Below, piece by piece: positions 31,153 to 44,310 of a stretch of DNA of 64,000 nt. The translations under genes and the position numbers were made by a program. The stretch is from NCBI RefSeq assembly GCF_009914755.1, contig NC_060928.1. One strand, given 5' to 3'. This stretch comes from the human T2T-CHM13v2.0 reference genome, Homo sapiens. Below the pieces are notes generated by a model. That model did not search any database. It worked only from the letters and a program-made list of their open reading frames with translations, and was not told the origin of the DNA. Position 1 is the first letter of the stretch. Each line of letters begins with the position of its first letter.

Positions 31153-31214
31153 AAAATGCTTTTTACATAATCTTATGTGCTACTAAATCATAAGCACTAA
31201 GTGAGGTGCTTATT

Positions 31215-32410
<1,196 letters not shown>

Positions 32411-32532
32411 AAGACATGGGTGTAACCCAAAGCTTAATCTTTAGACCTCATCTCTTTTTAAACTCACTCCTTAAGGTCATCCAATCCCAGTGGCTCTAAA
32501 TATATTCCCCAACTTTTATCTCTAGACCTCAT

Positions 32533-34492
32533 GTGCCTTAGGGTTGATCTTCTTGTGGAGTATCTTGGTGGTGTTCTCTGTATTTCCTGAATTTGAATGT
32601 CGGCCTGTCTTGCTAGGTGGGGAAGGTCTCCTGGATAATATCCTGAAGTGTTTTTCCCAACTTGGTTCCATTCTCCCCATCTCTTTCAGGTAATCCTATC
32701 AATCGTAGGTTCAGTCTTTATACATAGTACCATATTTCTTGGAGGTTTTGTGCATTCCTTTTTTCTTTTTTCTCTAATCTTGTCTGCATGCCTTATTTCC
32801 ACAAGATGGTCTTCAAACTCTGAAATCCTTTCTTCTGCTTGATCGATTCAGCCATTGATACTTGTGTATGCTTCACGAAGTTCTCATGCTGTGTTTTTCA
32901 GCTCCATCAGGTCTTTAATGTTCCTATCTAAACTGGTTATTCTAGTCAGCAGCTCCTGTAACCTTTCATCAATGTTCATAACTTCTTTGCATTGGGTTAT
33001 AGCTCAGCGAAGTTCATTATTACCCATTTTCTGAAGCCTAATTCTGTCAGTTCATCCGTCTCAGCTTTAGCCCCATTCTGTGCCCTGGAGAAGTGTTGCG
33101 ATCATTTGGAGGAAAAGAGGCATTCTGGCTTCTGGAATTTTCACCGTTTCTGCATTGGTTTTTCCTCATCTTCGTGGATTTATCTACCTTTGCTCTTTGA
33201 GGCTGTTGATCTGTGGATAAGGTTTTTGTGGGGTCTTTTTGTTGATATTGTTGTTATCGTTGCTTTCCATTTGTTTTTCTTCTAACAGGCCCCTCTTCTG
33301 CAGATCTGCTGCAGTTTGCTGGGGGTCCACTCAAGACCCTGTTCGCCTGGGTATCACCAGTGGAGGCTGAAGAACAGCAAAGACTGCTATCTATTCCTTC
33401 TTCCAGAAGCTTCATCCCAGAGGGGCATTGACCTGATTCCAGCTGGAGCTCTCCTGTATGAAGTGTCTGTGAACCCCTGTTGGGAGGTCTCTCCCAGTCA
33501 GGAGGCACAGGGTCAGGGACCTGCTTGAGGGAGCAGTCTGTTCCTTAGCAGAGCTGGTATGCTGTGCTGGGAGAATCTCCCTTGTCAGGATCAGCCACTC
33601 TCTTCAAAGCCAGCAGGCAGGAAAGATTAAGTCCCCTGAACCTGAGTCTGCAGCCGCCCCTCCCCCCAGGTGCTCTATCCAAGGGAGATGAGAGTTCTAT
33701 CTGTAAGCCCCTGAATGGAGCTGCTGGATTTCCTGCAGAGATGCCTTGCCCAGTAAGGAGGAATTAAGAGAAGCAGTCTGGCCACAGTCACTTTGCTGGC
33801 TGTGGTGAATTCTGCCCAGTTCAAACCTCCGAGTCTCCTTAGCACCGTCGGGAAAACCGCCTACTAAAGCCACAGTAATGGCGGTAGCCCCTCCCCCAAC
33901 CAAACTTGGTCCTCCCAGTCCGACTCCAGACTGCTGTGCTGGCAGTGGGAATTTCAAGCTAGTGTGGTTCTTAGTTTGCGGGGCTCTGTGGGAGTGGGAT
34001 CCACTGAGCAAGATCGCTTGGCTCCCTGGCTTCAGCCCCCTTTCCAGGGGAGTGGACAGTTTTCCTGTCTCACTGGAGTTCCAGGTGCCACAGGAATATG
34101 AAAAAATTCCTGCTGCTCAGTGCCTGTCCAAACAGCCACCCAGTTTTGTACTTAAAACCCGGGGCCCTGGTGGTGTAGGCTCACAAGGTAATCTCCTGAT
34201 CCATGGATTGTAAAAATCTGTGGAAAAGCGTAGCACCCGGGGTAGGTAGCACAGGACCTCACCGCTTCCCTAGGCTGGGGGAGGGGGATCCCGGCTCCGT
34301 GCACTTCCCACGTGAAGCGATGCCCTATCCTGCTTCTGCTCGCTCTCCGTGGGTTGCGCCCACTGCCTAACCAGTCCCAATGAGATGAACTGGTACCTCA
34401 GTTGGAAATGCGGAAATCACCCACCTTCTGTGTTCCTCTCGCTGGGAGCTGCAGACAGGACCCTGTTTCTACTCGGTCATTTTGGCCCCTCC
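32533..34492 (-). mobile_element. L1PA8-like 5' UTR plus 5' half of ORF1, 3'-truncated, sense to RAB28
   Basis: Minus strand starts GGAGGGGCCAAAATGACCGAGTAGAAACAG...GCAGCTCCCAGCGAG and ends mid-ORF1 at AGATCAACCCTAAGGCAC; flanked by ctctagacctcat/ctctagactacat. Confidence 0.88.
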
Positions 34493-35040
34493 CTCTAGAC
34501 TACATCTTACCCTGGAATTACAGATACATATATCCAACTGCTTACTAAACATCTCCACATATATGCTTAATAAGCACCTCACACTTAACATATCTAAAAC
34601 CAAACTTTTAATCCTTACCCAAAACCTATTCCTCTTAACAGTTTTACTCATCTCAGTAAATGCAACTTTAGCCTGCCAGATGCTTAGGCCCCAAATCTTG
34701 GCATTACGTTGCTTCTTCTCCCCTCTACTCCACAACCAACTGTGAGAGAATCTATTATTCCTAGCCAACCACTTCTCACTACTTCCACTGCTATCACTCT
34801 GGTCCATGCCACCATTATTTATCACCTAGATTACATCGAAAGCCTCCTATCTGGTCTCCCTGCTTCTACTCTTATCCACTATAGCATACTCTCAAAACAA
34901 GAGCCATAGTGATCCTTTCCAAATACAAATTAAATCACTGCACACTATTCAAAACCTTTGAAGGCTTTCCATCTCACTTGCAGTAAAAGCCAAAAGCCCA
35001 TACGATGGCCCACAAAGTCTTTCTTGATCTGTCCTTTTCC
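34493..35040. mobile_element. L2a fragment (continues 32440-32532 across the L1 insertion)
   Basis: atatatccaactgcttactaaacatctccac...cacctcacacttaacatatctaaaacc...ggtctccctgcttct. Confidence 0.8.
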
Positions 35041-35659
35041 TAGATCCCTCCCTCTTTATATCTTAAAGAGCCCTGCCTGCGCCTTAGTTTCATATTTCTG
35101 AACCTGGTTTGTACCTCTGAACCTTGGGATAATAAATTTCTGTTATAAAAAAAAGAGAGAGAGAGAGAAAGACCATACCTGTTGAATTGATTTACTTACA
35201 CTGCAAAACTACACATTCATGTGAAATTTCAGAAAACAATGTCACATAAAGTGGAAAATACTTAAATTCTAACTTCAGGAACAATTTAAATTTTTTTTAA
35301 AAAAGCGATTTAGAGCCCCCAAAATACCCTTAAAGTTGGCCATATGTCCAGGGTTTGCCTGGCAAATAGTGAGAATTCAATAAATCCAGATTTATTATTA
35401 TTAATAGCTATATTTATTATGATGATGTATATGTACCTATCCATCATATACCATACATGCAAACAGGATCTTAATAATCTAACAATTGAATGATAAAATA
35501 CAGCCAAAAAGTCATCTCTGCAAAAACTAAGAAGACAAGGTTTAAACTACAAATGAAGTTAAAATTAAATGCTCTTAAAACTGTCTGGAAATAACCATGT
35601 TCAATTAAGCAACCTTAAAACTAAACATAGTTTGGGTCATCAAATTTTAGGAGTCAAAG

Positions 35660-35810
35660 ATGCTTAGGTATTATTCACTAGTATCCTCTCATTTTATACA
35701 AGAGGATGACCATAAGTGGTTAAGGGAATTGTCCAAGCTCACGTAACTAGATAAAATTACAGCACCTAGAAAAATATCTAAAGTTTTCTGATACCCAGTC
35801 TAGTATTCCT
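35660..35810 (-). mobile_element. MIR fragment
   Basis: cctctcattttatacaagagga...gttaagggaattgtccaagctcac. Confidence 0.55.
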
Positions 35811-36594
35811 TTAAATTATTTTGGCTTTTTTCCACAACCACTGCAAATACAGACTAAAATACATTATTAAAGGGGCTTAAATTAATAAAATTTTCCAAAT
35901 TCCTTTTTCACAAAGAAATGTTTCTATAGCTCTGTGTTCTTTATTTGATACTAACATTTAATAATTTCTTCTAAAATTTAAAATCAAAGATTCATCCTAA
36001 AAGAAAACAAATAAGATGAATTATGCTTTTATTAGCATTTAATAAATCTTCTCTATTATGACAAAAAGATGGAGAGATATCATATAAACAAATTGTTATA
36101 TCAAAATGCTTATACAACTCCTCCAAAACCAATGAAAACATAACCACAAAAACCATAATATTGCTTAGACAAAGTAAATTACAGTACTGTCAAAATGGTT
36201 TGGGGCAGGCTATCCAAAAAAGTAACTATGAAATAACAAAATAACATCACTACAACAACTGTCAGATGAAAAACAGTTTTTGATTGATATTATGAAACAG
36301 CACTCATTTGCTATTTTATTCCCCAACAGTTGTCAGTAACAACAACAGTCTGAAGGCAAGCTTATGCATTTGATTTGGAGATACTACTCAGCCAATTAAA
36401 CTTGAAATGCTATCAACATGTCCTTAAAATACAATAAGGAGTGTGAAGTATCATGTGAGGGAACAGCTTTAAGTATATATAACAAAATACTTTCTCTTTC
36501 AATATATAGAATGATCTCAGTATGTTCCAGTAAGTAAATGATCACACTTCTATTTGAAAAATTTACATGTGAAAAGAAGTTAAAAAAAGAAAAA

Positions 36595-36615
36595 GCAGCA
36601 GCAGCAGCAGCAGCA
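36595..36615 (+). repeat. (GCA)7 trinucleotide repeat; (CUG)-type on the RAB28 pre-mRNA
   Basis: Direct read of the sequence. Confidence 0.95.
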
Positions 36616-38227
36616 ATAGAGACAGAAATATTAGCTCCATCTGAAAAAGACACTTGGTTCTGATACTTTGGGATTAGTATTATCTGGAACAAAAAAGAAG
36701 CAAAGTACTAAAAGAAATGGTTAAAAGGGCAGAATGTTTTAGCTTAAAATGTATAAAGAGAATGAACTTTTTAAATCCCCGAAAAAGTTTCTGTTTATGC
36801 TTCATAAATTATAAGCTCTCTTAAACAAATTGGTAACAATGACTTGTTCACTTTGGTATAATATTATAGGTGATAAATTTTATACAAGTTGATATGAATC
36901 CTTCAAAATAAATTAAATATTACCAATTTAATAGTTTCACATGTCTATTTTACAGATAAAGAATTTTTGAAGACTCAAAAGAGTCACAGTATAGGCAAGT
37001 AATTTCATATAAATTCCAATGGTTTTCAAACTGGACATATAACCATTTCTTATACCTCCCTATTACTGAGGAAAAAAGTCTCTTTTAAAAGCCTGCTGAT
37101 AATTGTATTGAGACCATAAGTAAAATTTTCAACTTGAAGTTTACTTATTTTACTAATACATTTTCACTGAGTTCAGGGAACACAACTTATAGGGTACATT
37201 AAAACGTAACCTTTAAACTTTCCAATGTAAAACATCACTTCCTGGGCAGAGATAGTACTCCAAGAACTATCAATCACTGTTAAGAAGAATATACACTCAA
37301 CATTCTTAATTAGTGTTGATGCACTCTTCTCTATGCCCTCATCTGTCATGAAGATTGTTTAAAAATCTGAGTTATTAGTCTTTATTTGCAAAAGGATCTG
37401 GTTAACATCTTTAAGAGTAGAAATCATTCATCCATCCACTCTGTACTGGAGCATGATAATTCCCACCCCCAATACAAGTTACCGATAACCACCACCCCTC
37501 CACTAACTAAGAAGCTATAAATCAGGAAGAGGGCAGCTTCTATGTAACCCCTGTTAATTCTGTTTATAATCTATCCAACTGAGAATGTTAGCTAGTCAGG
37601 AGAGAAACTAGCTGATGGATCAGATAGTATAAAGGCATAACGGATTAAAGATAGAAAATAACAAAATGACAAATTAAAATGCCATGTGGTTATAAAACAT
37701 TGAACTTAAAATTAATCTTTTTAAAAAGTTAATCTTTTTAAAAATTAATTTTTTAGAAGTTAATATTCCTGAATTTCCACTTCATTTCAATTATACCCTT
37801 GCCTGAAACACTGAAAAATTAAAACTGTAATTCAGTACAGATTATGATTTTTTAACTAAACACAAAAAATTGTAAATAAAAAGTCAAAAGCTTAGATTTC
37901 TAACATATATGTAAAAGCCACAAGTTAGGATTTAAGAAGCAAACTTCCTAAGTCTTTCATATTTATTTAACCTAAAATTATAACATAAAATCCATGAAAT
38001 TTTATTTCAAACATGATCTAGTATAAAACTATGATGTATTTCCCAAGGAACTCCCTCTGACATTATTCATCAGGGTGGCATTCAATAGGCCACTTGGCCC
38101 TAAAGGCCATCTAATGGATTCCCTATATCTACATATGTATTTTCCCCCATTAAAAAAATCATTTTCCCTGAATAACACATCCAGGGCCATAAACACTTAT
38201 AATTCCAACAGTCTGCATGAAAAGGCT

Positions 38228-38818
38228 TTTATTCATTCATTTGGTATTAGTTAAAGCACTGTTGTAAGTGATGAGATCCTTAGCTTTCAGAGTTTAGATT
38301 TTAGTGGGGAAATACAGACAAAAAACAATATATCAGATGACAATAAGAATATGCAGATAACTGAAACTTAATGGCTTGACAGAAAGGAAGACTGGGTGGC
38401 TCCTTTAGAACGAAACTTTAAAAAGATGATGTTGAAGGTGAGATGTGAATGACAAAATTGAGCTACCTAAAAGCAAAGACAAGAGGGAAAATCATTTCAA
38501 GCATAGGAAATTCTAAGTATGATACAAATGAATTTGGAATGTTTTGGAAACAGAAAAAAAAATAAACATGCCTTGCACTTATAATGGGCGAAGAAGCATG
38601 TGGAAGATGAAGTCTGAGTAGTAGGTAAGAGCTCAATCCCCTAACATTGGTAAATTTGGGTAAGGAGTTTGGATTTCATTTGATGTAATCCAACCAAAGA
38701 GTTTTAAGCAGAAAAGTCTTATAATCTGATCTGCAATTTGGGAACAGAACTGTAGGAAAGCAAGTCTAGGCAGGAAGACCACTTAAGAAGCTACTGTTGT
38801 AGTTTATATGAGATGAGA
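38228..38818. mobile_element. L2 fragment
   Basis: tttattcattcatt...; taaggagtttggatttcatt...gagttttaagcagaaaag. Confidence 0.7.
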
Positions 38819-41800
38819 TTCCCACTAACAGTGTATAAGAGTTCTTTTCCTTCACATTCTCATCAGCATTTGTTATTTCTTCTGTATTTTTTATAATAGC
38901 CATCCTATCTGGGCTGAGATGATACCTCATTGTGGTTTTGATTTGCATTTCCCTGATGATTAGTGATGTTGGAACATTTTTTTCATATACTTGTTGACCA
39001 TTTCTATGTCTTCTTTTGAAAAATGTCTGTTCAGATCATTTGCCCATTTTTTAAATTGGATTAGGTTTTTGGGGTGGGTTTTTTTTTTTTTGGTTTTTGT
39101 CTTTTGTTTTGGTTTTTTGCTGTTGAGATGTCTGCATCCCTTCTATAATTTGGTTATTAATCCCCTGTTGGATAAGTAGTTTACAAATATTTTTTCCCAA
39201 TTTGTAGATTACTTTTTCACTCTGTTGGTTGTTTCCTTTGTCATTTAGAAGTTTTTAAATTTGCAATAATCCCATTTGTTTATTTTTGCTTTTGTTGCCT
39301 ATGTTTGTGAGGTCTTATTCATAAAATCTTTTCCCAGACAAATGTCCTGAAGTGTTTTCTCTATGTTTCCTCTAGTAGTGTTAGTTTACATCTTGCATTT
39401 AGGTTTTTTATACATTTTAATTGATTTTATATTTATTGTATTTGTATAGGGTGAGAGGTGAAGGTCTAGTCTTGTTATTTCGCATATGGATATCCAATTT
39501 TCCCAGCAGCATTTATTGAAGAGAGTGTCCTTTCCCCACTGAGTGTTCTTGAACATTTGTTAAAAGTTAATTCACTGTAAATATGTGAATCTATTTCTGT
39601 ATTCTCTATTCCATTTCGTTGGTCTATGTGTCTGTTTTAATGCCAGTACTGTGCCATTTTGCTTACTACTGCTTTGTAGTATGTTTTCAACTTTAGCAGT
39701 CAGATCTTCAGCTTGCTTGCTTGCTTTATTTATTTATTAAGCTCAAAACTGTGTATAGTTGTTCACTGGAGTCTCTAATGATCCTTTTTGGTCCTATGGT
39801 ATCTATTGTGACATCTTCTTTTTCATTTCTGATTTTATTTATTTGAGTCTTCCCTTTTATCTTAGTGTATCTAATGGTTTGTTGATTATATCTTTAAAAA
39901 ACAACTTTTTGTTTTGTTGAAATTTTTGTTTGTTTTTTTAGTATCAGTTTCATTTATTTCTGCTCTGATCTTTATTATTTCTTTCCTTCTACTGATTTTG
40001 GGTTTGGTTTGTCCTTGCATTCTATTTCCTTGAGATTCATTGCAGTTTATTTGAAATCCTTCCAGCTTTTTGATGCAGGCATTTATTGATACATACTTGC
40101 CTCTTAGTATTGCTTTTGCTGTGTCCCATAACTTTTTGTATATTGTGTTCCTACTTTCATTTCTTTCAAGAAATTTTTAAATTTCCTTTTTAATTTATTC
40201 CCTCACCCACTGGTCATTTAGAATATTGTTCAATTTCCATTTATTTGTATAGTTTTGAATGTTCATCTACTGTTGGTTTCTAGTTTTATTCCATATAGTC
40301 AGATAAGATACTTGATATGATTTCAATTTTTTTAAATTTTTTTGACACTTATTTTGTATCCTAACACATGGGTCAATCCTTGAGAAATTTCCTGGTGCTG
40401 ATGGAAAGAAGGTTTATTATGTAGTTGTTGGGCAGGTGAAATGTTCTGTAAACGTCTGTTAGGTGCAGTTTGGTCTATCATGCAGTTTAAATCCAATGTT
40501 TATTTGTTGATTTTCTGTTTAGGTTGTCTGTCCAATGCTGAGAGTAGGGTGCTGAAGTCAACAACTATTACTGTATTAGAGTCTATCTCTACCTTTAGAT
40601 TTAATAATATTTGCTTTAAATATTTGAGTGTTGATATCAGATATGTATATATTTACAATTGTTATGTTCTCTTGCTGAATTCATCCTTTTATTATTATAT
40701 GATGTCCTCCTTTGTCTCTTTGTACAGATTTTGACTTGAAGTCTGTTTTGTCTGATTTATGTATAGCTACTCCTGATTGCTTTTGGTTTCTGTTTGTATA
40801 GAATATCTTTTTCCATCCTTTCACTTTCAGTCTATGTGTGTCTTTAAGTTTCTGGTAGGCAGCATATGGTTGGGTCTTGTTTTGTTTATTTGTCTTAATA
40901 TATTAAATAAGTCTATCTTTTAAATAAGAAATGTAATTAGTTTAAATTCAAAATTATTATTGACAGGTGAAGACTTATACCTGTCATTTTATTGACTGCT
41001 TTCTGGTTGTTCTGTATACCCTTTGTTCCTTACTTCCTTATTGCTTATTCTTATAGTTGAATGGTTTTCTGTTGGGAAAGATTTCTTTCTTTCTCTTTTT
41101 CCTTTGTGTATTGGCTCTAGCAGCAAGTTTTAGTTTCACGTGTTCTCATGATGGTGGTTACTGTCTTTGAACTTCCAGATGTAAGAGTACCTTGAACATT
41201 TTTTCTAAGGCCAGTCTGGTGACAATGAATTCTCTCAGTTCTTGCTTGTCTAAAAAGGATAGCTTTGCTGGGTTTAATATTCTAATATTCTTGGCTGACG
41301 GGTTTTTTTTTTCTTTCAGAACTTTCAATAGGTAATTCCATTCTATCCTGGCCTGTAAGGTTTCTGCTGAAAAATCCACAGTTAGTCCACTAGCAATTCC
41401 CTTATATGTGACTTGACACTACTCTTTGCTGTTTTTAGAATTCTCTTTGACTTTTGACAATTTGGCTATAATGTGCCTTGAAGAGGACCTCTTTGGGTTA
41501 AATCTACTTCAGGTTCTTTGAGCTTCCTCGATGTGAATGTTCATCTGCCTTTCAAAATTAAGAAGTTTTTGGCTATTAGTTCAATAAATAAGTTTCCTAC
41601 AACTTGTCTCTTCTCTTTTCCTTCTGGAACTTCCATAATATAAGTATTTGTTCACTTAATAATCCTATATTTTTTGCCACAATAATCCTATACATTTTCT
41701 TCATTTTTTTTCTTTTTTTAGTTATTTATTTTTGTCTGTGCTATTTCAAAAGGCTTGTCTTCAAGTTGCAGAATTCTTTTTTCTGCATGGTCTAAATCTG

Positions 41801-43648
41801 TTGTTGCAGCTCCTGATAGTATTTTTTATTTCATTAATTAAATTCTTCAGCTCTAAGATTTCTGATTGGTTATGGGTTATATCCATCTCTCTGTTAAATT
41901 CCTCATTCATATCATGAATTATTTTCCTGATTTTGTTGAATTTTCTACCTATATTCTCTTGTATCTCACTGACTTTCCTTATTATTCTGAATTCCACTTC
42001 TGGCATTTTGTATATTTCCTTATGATTAAAGTCTATTACTGAAGTATTATTATATTCCTTTAAAGGTGTCGTTTCCTTGCTTTTTCATGTTTGATGTGTC
42101 CGTATGTTGATTTCTATGCATCTGGTAGAAGAGTCACCTCTTCTAATTTTATGGAGTAGGATAAGAAGAGACTTACTCATATAGATGGGCCCTGGGTGTC
42201 AGTTTAGTGAAGGTGCATTGGGTTTGTTTCTAGTTGGACACAGTAGTGTTTCTCTATGCAGTTTCTTCAGTTGTAATCCACATTCATGACATTTATGAGT
42301 AGCTCGGTGGCCAAGGCTGAGAGAGTATGTGGCAGCGATGGTGCAACTTTGCCATGGGTGGGCTTGCTGGGCTGTTTCTCAGGTCAGGGTGCATACATGC
42401 ACATGGTAAGTTGGCCAACTTAGGGTCTGGTTTGCAGTCTGTTATTCTGGCTGGGGGCATAGGTGCACAGCTGCTAGTCCAGCCTGGGGGAGTACCTGCC
42501 AAGGACTGTTTCTAAGGTCCAGTACATGGCTACACAGCTTCTCAGCTGGCCTGGGTGTGTGTCTGCTGGAGGTAGCCCACAGGGCTATTTCTCAGGCCTG
42601 GGACAGGTGCACACAGCTGCTCAGCTGGCCTAGGGGCATTTCTGCCAGAGGTGGCTTGCAGGGTTGTTTCTCAGACCCAGAATATTGATGGCTAGCCTAG
42701 GAGGATATTTGGTAGGGGCAGCCCATGGGGCTGTTTCTCAGACCTAAGACAAGGATGCACAGTTGCTAGGTCAGCCTGGGGATGTATTTGCCAGGGGCAG
42801 CCTATGGAGCTGTTTCTCAGGCAGGGGATGCAGACACACAGATGCTCGGTCAGCCTGGGGCTGTGTCTGCCAGAAGTCACCCAGTGGGCTGTTTCTCGGG
42901 ACCTGGGCACAGACACATAGCCACTCTACCAGCCTGAGGGTATGTAAGCCACTCAGTGGTTCAAGGATCTCTCCTGCTCAGGGGAAGGTACACAGCAGTT
43001 TGGCTGGCTCAAGGGCAGGTTTGCCCTGGGGAGGACTGCCAGACTTTTCCTCTTACTTGAGTGTGGGCAGTGGGGACTGGTTCCCCTGCTGTGCAGGACC
43101 AGAGTCACAGCCGATCATGGGCCCAGGCTCTGAGCAGCTGAGGCTGTGGTGTTCAGCCACACATTTGGGCTTGGTGGAATGAAGATGGAATCCCAGTGCT
43201 GGAGAGGTCCAAATGCTACTGACCCCCAGAAGAGTGCACACTCCAGAGGTGGCTCTCGTCTCAAGATGGCACCATGCTGCAGCAGCTTGACTCACAAGGC
43301 GTGGGTGGGGAGTGAGGAATGCACATCTTGTGCTAGTAATCCGGAGCAAGGCAGCTGTGTGAATTCCTAGGATCTCTCCAAACTAGAGTCAGGACTTGCA
43401 AGAACTGTGGGATTCTCCTGCAGTAAGGAATGTAGATGTTTGTGGTGGCAATGGGGACTAGTAGGAAGCTTCTGCTTACCTTTTCCCCACAAGGGGAAGT
43501 CTCTCCTGTCTCTGGACCAATCTGATCTGGACAGGGGAGATGGAGCTGCAGAGGCTGGGTGTCTCCACACCACCCTTCTGGACTTCCGATCACCAAGTGC
43601 CAGATGTCTCTATTCACTCATCTTGCTAAAGCCATCTTGCTAAAGTCC
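38819..43648 (-). mobile_element. Old L1 (L1M/L1MA-type) with 5' UTR, ORF1 and internally deleted ORF2; 3' end missing; sense to RAB28
   Basis: Minus ORFs DFSAETLQAR...PAKLSF (41158-41379), ELKNLINEIKN (41761-42006) and [11 protein letters not shown] (38766-38948); 5' end near catcttgctaaagtcc. Confidence 0.85.
42368..42945. repeat. Degenerate ~70-80 bp tandem array (~8 units) inside the L1 5' UTR
   Basis: Recurring gggctgtttctcagg...cacag.tgct.....gcctgggg at ~42369, 42504, 42582, 42661, 42728, 42807 and 42886. Confidence 0.85.
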
Positions 43649-44059
43649 ATAAGTGTATTTATTAATCTCAACAACCAGACACAGCAAAACAAAGAAATTT
43701 TTTTTTAATTTGAAGATGGCAGAGAATAAGATTAAGATCTAGGTTGGCAGGTTCCCATCACTCCTTAAAGACTCTCTTTGTCTCAACCTTTCAGCAAATT
43801 TACAATGGCTAGCTTAATACACATAACAGATTCTCAAAAATGTTCAGTGAAAGAATGGCCCTACCCAACACATAATATAAGAACTATCAATCTCTGGTGG
43901 GGTGGGGTAGGGGAGAACAGAAATAAGATGGTAATAAGGAAATTCTCTAATAAACATTTTCTCCAGGAAAGTTTCACAGAACATGAATTTTAGCTCTACT
44001 AATTTGCAATTTGTGATAAATCAAGTTGAAGCTATCTATGCTCAGTACTTTTAGAAGGC

Positions 44060-44310
44060 CATTATGGTTAATAAACTAATTCATAGTTACTGGGCACTTA
44101 CTATGCAAAAGACCACAAGCACAGTGCTTTTCACACAATATCTCATTTAATCTTTAAATCAGCTTTATCCAACATAAACTATTACCCTGATTTCCAGATG
44201 CAGGAAACTGAGGCATAAAAACGTAAAGTAACTTGTATGATGTCACACTGCTCTTGAATGAAGAAATTGGGCTTGTAAGCAGTCTGTCTAAATCCAAAGC
44301 TCTATGACCT
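44060..44310 (-). mobile_element. MIR
   Basis: tctcatttaatctt...ccagatgcaggaaactgaggcata...gtaacttg...tccaaagc. Confidence 0.8.

Noticed and set aside
36396-36692. 98-aa ORF with a poly-alanine run
   Set aside because: Non-ATG start, and the alanines come from the (GCA)7 repeat; no exon structure or homology.
37708-37765. ~17-bp AT-rich tandem repeat (ttaatctttttaaaaa)
   Set aside because: Low-complexity slippage product with no evident function.
42368-42945. Regularly spaced repeats resembling a CRISPR array
   Set aside because: The 'spacers' are homologous to each other, the units are degenerate, the array lies in an L1 5' UTR, and the context is primate with no cas genes.
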